A DNA stretch of 29,375 nt from a virus. Its lineage: Duplodnaviria > Heunggongvirae > Uroviricota > Caudoviricetes. Below the pieces are notes generated by a model. The model ran no database searches and was not told the DNA's origin. It was given only the letters and a program-made list of their open reading frames with translations. Numbering within the stretch: position 1 is the stretch's first letter; each line of letters begins with the position of its first letter. This document shows positions 23,593 to 29,375 of this stretch, piece after piece. A program made the position numbers and the translations under genes. The DNA lies in the IMG/VR virus record IMGVR_UViG_2563366852_000005. One strand, written 5' to 3'.

Positions 23593-25877
23593 TATGTCCA
23601 CTCCATTACTGTTGAGAATCCCGGCCACTCATCAGCGACCGGATACGTGAATTTTTTCCCGTCGTAATTTACGGTTGCCCCACGCGCCAGCGCCTCAAGC
23701 TCCCATCGCTGAGGCCTGATACCGTTCTGAGCAAGGTCAACACGGATACGGGTAATTTGCATTCTTTCCGACCGGGTCAGTCTGGCCGATGGTGCAATTT
23801 CATGCGGTTTTAACGGGCTTCCGTTTCTTTGCTGACGATTTGGTGTTCTCATGTCGTGTTTTAATGCGCCCCTGAGCGCCCTCACGACCTCCTGGTCATT
23901 CCATTCGATAACACCGTCATCAACCAGATTAAGCACTGCTGCGGCGTGTTCAGAAGGTGTGGGAGCCGGTAACGAAGCATCACCGCCGGTGAACTTTCCA
24001 CAGTTATTGACAGGACTCCGAGGCGCGGCGATGCCGCTTTTTAAAGTCAAAGGCTCAACGACCGGAACTTTCGGCACAATGCGCCAGTCCGTCGTTCTGG
24101 TGATATGAATATGTCGCGCGCCGAGATGCGGCGCGTAAATGCCGACCACTCTCTCGACTTCTTCTTCGTACTCGTTAACGTCTTCCGACGGGCTACGGGC
24201 AACCCTGACAGTCTGACAATCGCGCGGGACATTTGCCCCACCCTGCGCGCTGATATACAACGCAAAATCACCACTGTCTGCGGCGGCGCGTGCAGCCTCG
24301 ACGCGCTCGTCAAACTCATCAGCAATGCTGACGCCGCGAGGCAATTTGCGTAGTTCACGGTAAGCCCCCATTGTCGGCAGACCAACCGTTTTAAATTGCG
24401 GAATGCGCCACGTTGACGCCCATGCGGTAACAGCCGCAGCAGTGTCTTTCAGCGGCCTGCCGGTATCGTTATCGAGCTGACCATCCAGTGCATAGCCGTC
24501 GATGTTTTTTGAGATGTATTTCGCGATATACCCCGCAGCACCGCCCCGGTTAAGGTGTTTTGCCTGAAAACGGTTTCGCGCGGCTCCTCTTTCGTCGCCA
24601 TCCTCTTTGAGCGCGTAGCGACGCATGATTTCGATAATCTGGTTACGCTGGCGTGGATTACAAAAAAGCATCATATGCCAGTGCGGCGTTCCGTCGTGGT
24701 GTGGTTCAACAACACGCAAACCGTAGGCCTGTAAATCATTATCCTTGAATGCCGTGCGCATCAGGCTCCAGATACGGCAGAGATAACGCTGCGCATCCTT
24801 TGGATTAAATGCCTCATCGTTCCAGCCGTGATTTAGCTGGACGGTTTTACTTTCGCCTTTTCTGACCTGACGTGTCGGGTGATACTTTGACGGCGCGGTA
24901 AGCGTGATAAACATCCCCACATCACCCTCTGCGGCGGCGTAACGCTCAATACCGGCGATGGTGTTCATCAGCTCCATCCGGCGAATTTCTGGATTTGAAA
25001 TACTGCCCATCACCTTACTGATAAGGTCGATGCGCTCGCCGGTTTCCTTGTTTTCAAGGTCACACGATTTAAGAAATTCCAGATTTGCCTGGCGGCGTGC
25101 ACGTACATCACGAATGGCATGTTTACTGGCATAAGGAGAACGGTCTTTATTGACCTCCCCGACAGCAATCAGTAACGCCTCATGCCAGCGCATGCGCTGG
25201 CCTTTGAGCTGATGAGTCCACCACTCATCGTTAAACAGACGGGCAATGGCAGAATACGCCTGCCTCGTGGTCATCTGTCCTTTACGGTATTTTTTCCAGT
25301 AGAGCGGGGAAATATTGAAAGCACGTGCAGCGCCAGCAACATGACCATACAGGTGAGCCTGCGCCTCATCCGTAAACAGCGATTCTTTTTCGCCATGCGC
25401 ATCCACCCAGGCATCGCTGAGTTCCTCATACATCATGAAAAGCTGCGATGAGATACGGGCGGCAAACTTTTTCAGCTCTTTGTCATTCATTCCAGGCAGG
25501 CGCGCATAGTGGTCACGCTCTGCCAGAAACAGCAACGACGCGTCGGTGTTCATTTCATGGCGCTGATTCACACGCTCAATGCGCGGCCATAAACGACGCT
25601 GAAAAGTGGATGTGAGGAAATAAAACCCGTGCACCGGGCTTTTATTGCGCCGGATGTAGTCATAGCGTGAAGTAAACAGCGAGCGCAAAAAGTAAGGCAG
25701 GCGGTTAATCGTGGATAAAACACCTTGCACCTGACGCATCTCGTCACGTGTAAGGGGTCTTTCGCGCCCGACAGCCTCGCGTGGCGCGTTCCATGCATAA
25801 GCACCGGTAAACGCCTTACCGGTGCCTGCGGCAAATGCTGACGGAGGGACAAAACGCCCGGAGGCTTTAACGGCCAT
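23592..25877 (-). CDS. A: Replication initiation protein A (rolling-circle nickase, 761 aa)
   Basis: MAVKASGRFVPPSAFAAGTGK...; start chosen to match P2 gpA length; ORF-track start at 25919 is an upstream extension. Confidence 0.93.
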   Translation of the reverse strand: MAVKASGRFVPPSAFAAGTGKAFTGAYAWNAPREAVGRERPLTRDEMRQVQGVLSTINRLPYFLRSLFTSRYDYIRRNKSPVHGFYFLTSTFQRRLWPRIERVNQRHEMNTDASLLFLAERDHYARLPGMNDKELKKFAARISSQLFMMYEELSDAWVDAHGEKESLFTDEAQAHLYGHVAGAARAFNISPLYWKKYRKGQMTTRQAYSAIARLFNDEWWTHQLKGQRMRWHEALLIAVGEVNKDRSPYASKHAIRDVRARRQANLEFLKSCDLENKETGERIDLISKVMGSISNPEIRRMELMNTIAGIERYAAAEGDVGMFITLTAPSKYHPTRQVRKGESKTVQLNHGWNDEAFNPKDAQRYLCRIWSLMRTAFKDNDLQAYGLRVVEPHHDGTPHWHMMLFCNPRQRNQIIEIMRRYALKEDGDERGAARNRFQAKHLNRGGAAGYIAKYISKNIDGYALDGQLDNDTGRPLKDTAAAVTAWASTWRIPQFKTVGLPTMGAYRELRKLPRGVSIADEFDERVEAARAAADSGDFALYISAQGGANVPRDCQTVRVARSPSEDVNEYEEEVERVVGIYAPHLGARHIHITRTTDWRIVPKVPVVEPLTLKSGIAAPRSPVNNCGKFTGGDASLPAPTPSEHAAAVLNLVDDGVIEWNDQEVVRALRGALKHDMRTPNRQQRNGSPLKPHEIAPSARLTRSERMQITRIRVDLAQNGIRPQRWELEALARGATVNYDGKKFTYPVADEWPGFSTVMEWT

Positions 25878-26142
25878 ATGAGCCAAAAGCCTCTGAGCAA
25901 CGCTTGCTGAGTTGCTCAACCTGCGCGTTTAAATCAGCAAAAGACTTTGCGCTTCCGGTCAGAATATCGTGATGCATCAGGCCGGAAACGAGCTGGCTTA
26001 ATTTCGGGTAATAACCAACCACCGCCAGCCATTCCTGACCGGCGTTTTTACCGCTTTCCGCTCTCTTTTTCTCGTGGAGAATAAACTGAAAGCTGTCACT
26101 GGTAACGACATAACGTTCGCCAATTTCAATACGAATACTCAT
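25867..26142 (-). CDS. P2 orf83-like hypothetical early protein
   Basis: 91 aa immediately upstream of A, overlapping its start; conserved early-operon position. Confidence 0.75.
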   Translation of the reverse strand: MSIRIEIGERYVVTSDSFQFILHEKKRAESGKNAGQEWLAVVGYYPKLSQLVSGLMHHDILTGSAKSFADLNAQVEQLSKRCSEAFGSYGR

Positions 26143-26363
26143 GCCGTTCTCCGGTAATGTTTGTTTTTTGCTTCAAAGACTGACTGACAGGAAACACAAC
26201 GCGTGGCTGACGGATAAGCCGCACGACGGGCAGCAGGTATTGGCGCATCACACTCTTCGCAAACCAGCGCAGAAGCACCGCAATGTTTTACCCTTGCCGC
26301 GTTAATCTGGCGCTCCAGTAATTCAGCCTGTTGTTCCTGAATAAAATCTACGTTGTCCGGCAT
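26139..26363 (-). CDS. P2 orf82-like C4 zinc-finger protein (DksA/TraR-like)
   Basis: 74 aa with CGASALVCEECDAPIPAARRAAYPSATRCVSC (CxxC-N17-CxxC); early operon. Confidence 0.75.
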   Translation of the reverse strand: MPDNVDFIQEQQAELLERQINAARVKHCGASALVCEECDAPIPAARRAAYPSATRCVSCQSVFEAKNKHYRRTA

Positions 26364-26668
26364 TACCAGTTCCTTTTGTCGTTCAGTTTTTTAAATTCAT
26401 CAGCGCAATAGCTGGCGATTTCTGTCGTTAATTTCGTCAGTTCATCCACGGAGGAAATTTGCTTGTGGAATACAGCGCGTTTAACAAGTAAATTGACCAC
26501 ATCAGACAGGAGGTTTAATTCACTCTGATAAATCGCGATAACAGATTCAGTTATTTCGCGTTTTTCTTTATCAAGACCAAGTTGAATAAGAGACAAATCG
26601 CCATTTTTCATAACGGCGATTTTTAAGGCATTGTTCAGTAAAACAACTGAACGAGAACAGGACATCAA
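26363..26668 (-). CDS. P2 orf81-like hypothetical early protein
   Basis: 101 aa; stop/start overlaps with neighbours. Confidence 0.7.
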   Translation of the reverse strand: MMSCSRSVVLLNNALKIAVMKNGDLSLIQLGLDKEKREITESVIAIYQSELNLLSDVVNLLVKRAVFHKQISSVDELTKLTTEIASYCADEFKKLNDKRNW

Positions 26669-26889
26669 AGCACCTCCCCGCGAGACAATCCGATGTTGTG
26701 AAATTTTTCCGACTCCTGACTGAGCAGCTCGACTATCTCCACGCGGGATAACTCCGCCTTTGTGATGTGGCGAATCATGGCGTCAAGATGAGAAAAAAAG
26801 CGCGTCGCTGCATCGGCCTGTGCTTCGGTTCTGGCCTGTTGCAGCAGTAATGCGTATTTACCGCACTGATTTTCAGAAACTGTATGCAT
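26665..26889 (-). CDS. P2 orf80-like hypothetical early protein
   Basis: 74 aa from internal ATG (MHTVSENQ...); ORF-track start at 26922 is possible alternative. Confidence 0.6.
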   Translation of the reverse strand: MHTVSENQCGKYALLLQQARTEAQADAATRFFSHLDAMIRHITKAELSRVEIVELLSQESEKFHNIGLSRGEVL

Positions 26890-26952
26890 GACTTTCTCCA
26901 GGCAAAAAGAAGCCCCGCACAATTAAGTGCGTTAAAAACTCTGGTTAATTAC

Positions 26953-27453
26953 TTAATGCAGATATTGCTCTGGTTTTACCGATGTCAGAATTGTCGGTGC
27001 ATACTCAAACAGACTGAATAATTCACGTAATGCACGGAATAAAGCATCACGCCAGTAACATGATTCTTCATTAATTCGCCAGTATGGCTGGTTGAATTCT
27101 TTTTCTGTCAGTCGTGCATGCATAAATAAAGTACGACGCTGGCTGACTGTTAAAAAACTAATATATGCATACTCACTTGCACCGACCTGACGGCGTTTTG
27201 AGAATGCCCCACGCAATTCATCAATTGCACAAACCAGCCGTTCACGTTCGACATCGTTCATTTCTTCGAAACGCATCGTTGCGTGACGTTGTTTTAACTG
27301 CGCATGGAAGCAAACCGTTAGCCGTTCACGTTCCATCATCTGATTATAATAATCACATGTCTCCTGCCAGCGAGGGACGGCCAGATGCTTACCAATTATC
27401 CGGCGCATAGCTGCTGGCTGTTTTTCGACGAGATTAAGTGTCATCACTGTCAT
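26953..27453 (-). CDS. B: Replication protein B (helicase loader)
   Basis: 166 aa MTVMTLNLVEKQPAAMRRIIGKHLAVPRWQ... Confidence 0.9.
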   Translation of the reverse strand: MTVMTLNLVEKQPAAMRRIIGKHLAVPRWQETCDYYNQMMERERLTVCFHAQLKQRHATMRFEEMNDVERERLVCAIDELRGAFSKRRQVGASEYAYISFLTVSQRRTLFMHARLTEKEFNQPYWRINEESCYWRDALFRALRELFSLFEYAPTILTSVKPEQYLH

Positions 27454-27620
27454 TTCCAGACCCTCCGGCTTTTCAGAAAGGTCAGAGCCTTTTTTAACGG
27501 ACTCTGTTTTTTGGTACGGATAATGATTCCCTTGCGCCCCTTCCCGTGGGTGATGGTGAAGTCAATCGCCCTGGGGCTTTCGTTACGCAGTAACTGAGCA
27601 ATACAACGCGGTTCACTCAT
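27450..27620 (-). CDS. P2 orf78-like small basic protein
   Basis: 56 aa MSEPRCIAQLLRNESPRAIDFTITHGKGRKG...; starts just after the cox stop. Confidence 0.6.
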   Translation of the reverse strand: MSEPRCIAQLLRNESPRAIDFTITHGKGRKGIIIRTKKQSPLKKALTFLKSRRVWK

Positions 27621-27622
27621 AA

Positions 27623-27895
27623 TCACAACCCCATCCACAAAAGCCATGCATCACGCTGTTCAACCGGCCGGTTATAAAACGCCTCACGTACAGCGCGATT
27701 AAACTCTGGAATGAAAACCCATTTCTCACCGGCACGAGCCTTAGGCTTATTTGGATCTCGAAGCTCAATAACCGGTAGCTTGTTAGCCTTGATCATTTCT
27801 GTAACTGCGGTTTTTGGTTTACCCAATAAATCTGCAAATTTTTCCGCATGTACCGCATCGAGCGGGTACTTGATCACATAATCATTCGCTTCCAT
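27623..27895 (-). CDS. cox: Cox: excisionase/directionality factor and repressor of the lysogenic promoter
   Basis: 90 aa, first gene of the early operon, divergent from C; ends ...RDAWLLWMGL, as in P2 Cox. Confidence 0.85.
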   Translation of the reverse strand: MEANDYVIKYPLDAVHAEKFADLLGKPKTAVTEMIKANKLPVIELRDPNKPKARAGEKWVFIPEFNRAVREAFYNRPVEQRDAWLLWMGL

Positions 27896-28031
27896 CTATG
27901 TTACCCTCATAGGATCCAGCCCCTTAAAAACCGCTTGAAACCGTTTAAGCGGCGCTGGACTCGCGCCCGAAAAGGTTCTGGATTAATGACCTTTTTCGGG
28001 GAATATAGTCATTAAGTCAGGACTATGTCAA
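27896..28031. promoter_or_regulatory. Immunity switch region between cox and C (expected Pe/Pc promoters and operators); contains dyads ATTAATGAC/GTCATTAAG and CCGCTT-N-AAGCGG
   Basis: Position between divergent C and cox; inverted repeats at 27982..27990 / 28008..28016 and 27931..27952 read from sequence. Confidence 0.55.
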
Positions 28032-28325
28032 ATGAATATCGCACAGAAATTAAGAGCAATAAGAAAATCGGAAGGGCTAACTCAAGCAAAATTCAGTGAA
28101 ATCAGTGGAATAGCATTAGGGACGCTAAAGAATTACGAGGGAGGGCATCAAGACCCAGGCATCCAAGTTGTGTTGCAAGTCACCAACACACCTCAGTTTC
28201 AAAAATACACACTATGGCTTATGACAGATAAAACAGCGCCGGAAGCAGGACAAATCGCACCGGCTCTCGCACACATTGGGCCAGAGTCAACAGAATCCAG
28301 CCTCTCCGCGAAAAGGATTGGCTAA
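28032..28325 (+). CDS. C: Immunity repressor C (HTH)
   Basis: 97 aa; C-terminal half ...TPQFQKYTLWLMTDKTAPEAGQIAPALAH... resembles P2 C; N-terminal part divergent. Confidence 0.85.
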   Translation: MNIAQKLRAIRKSEGLTQAKFSEISGIALGTLKNYEGGHQDPGIQVVLQVTNTPQFQKYTLWLMTDKTAPEAGQIAPALAHIGPESTESSLSAKRIG

Positions 28326-28394
28326 CTCTATATAAAGATTACATTTTCACCATTTGCTTCCAGAATGGTGAATACAGCGCCGGAGGGCTTTCTT

Positions 28395-29375
28395 ATGGCA
28401 ATTAAGAAGCTCGATGATGGTCGCTATGAAGTGGACATTAGACCTCGCGGTCGCGATGGAAAACGCATCCGCAGGAAGTTTGAGAGAAAGGCTGAAGCAG
28501 TTGCATTTGAGCGATACACAATTGCCAATGCCAGCCAGAAAGAATGGGGAGGCCAGCGAGCAGACCGCCGAACGTTGACTGAGTTATTGGACATCTGGTG
28601 GAAATATCACGGACAAAACCATGAGCATGGAACAAAAGAGTTTAATCATCTGCTCAAAACTATCAGTGGAATAGGTGATATACCAGTTAGCCGGATGAGT
28701 AAAAGGGCTTTGATGGATTATCGCTCCGTGCGGCTACGTGATGGCATTAGTGCTGCAACGATAAATCGTGACATGTACCGATTGTCAGGCATGTTCACTA
28801 AATTAATTCAATTGGATGAATTTTCCGGGCAACATCCAATTCACGGACTGCCGCCACTGGCGGAGACCAATCCGGAAATGACGTTTCTGGAAAAATCAGA
28901 AATCGAAAAACTGTTAAATGTTTTGGTTGGTGATGACTTACTGGTCGCGCTTTTATGCCTAAGCACTGGCGGAAGATGGACGGAAGTTGCCACGCTAAAA
29001 CCAGCGCAGATTACAAGTTGTAGAGTTACCTTTTTGAAAACCAAAAACGGTAAAAAGCGAACCGTGCCGATTTCTGAGGAACTAGAGAAAAAAGTTAAAG
29101 AGGAGGCCAGCGCCAAATTGTTCAAAGTTGATTATGAGAAGTTTTGCGGGATTTTACGCAGAGTGAAACCTGATATACCACCCAATCAGGCAACCCACAT
29201 CCTGCGGCATACATTCGCAAGCCATTTCATGATGAATGGGGGCAATATAATTGCACTGCAACAGATTCTGGGACATGCGAGCATCCAGCAGACGATGGCC
29301 TACGCGCATCTTGCGCCGGACTACCTACAGAATGCCGTCGCGCTGAATCCTCTAAAAGGCGGAGTGACGTTATAA
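28395..29375 (+). CDS. int: Tyrosine integrase (P2 Int-like); alternative upstream ATG at 28365
   Basis: MAIKKLDDGRYEVDIRPRGRDGKRIRRKF...; C-terminal HxxR...Y catalytic region (ILRHTFASHF...AYAHL); stop is the last codon of the window. Confidence 0.92.
   Translation: MAIKKLDDGRYEVDIRPRGRDGKRIRRKFERKAEAVAFERYTIANASQKEWGGQRADRRTLTELLDIWWKYHGQNHEHGTKEFNHLLKTISGIGDIPVSRMSKRALMDYRSVRLRDGISAATINRDMYRLSGMFTKLIQLDEFSGQHPIHGLPPLAETNPEMTFLEKSEIEKLLNVLVGDDLLVALLCLSTGGRWTEVATLKPAQITSCRVTFLKTKNGKKRTVPISEELEKKVKEEASAKLFKVDYEKFCGILRRVKPDIPPNQATHILRHTFASHFMMNGGNIIALQQILGHASIQQTMAYAHLAPDYLQNAVALNPLKGGVTL

Noticed and set aside
23592-23628. Upstream start (23628) for the ASCH-like gene giving 162 aa
   Set aside because: That start lies inside the A coding region; the ATG overlapping the A stop (TAATG) is the typical coupled start. 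Not fully excluded.

Overview
The window is an almost complete P2-like (Peduovirus) prophage of an enterobacterial host, in reverse orientation relative to the standard P2 map. It runs from ogr (459..677) through the full late morphogenesis and lysis operons (D U T E/E' FII FI G H I J W V S R lysC lysB lysA K Y X L M N O on the minus strand, P Q on the plus strand), the cos site (22230..22248), and the early region (A, orf83/82/81/80-like, B, orf78-like, cox on minus; C and int on plus). Gene sizes match P2 almost exactly, except for a longer tail fibre H (871 aa) with a repetitive His-rich C-terminus. The Z/fun slot between G and FI is empty. The tin/old slot between A and cos instead carries an unfamiliar cassette: an ASCH/PUA-like protein translationally coupled to A, a small coupled ORF, and a separately promoted AT-rich gene for a small helical protein with a canonical HEPN-type R-N-x3-H motif. 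This cassette is the best candidate for an undescribed defence or abortive-infection module. All homology statements come from reading the translations and recalled P2 protein sequences; no database search was run.
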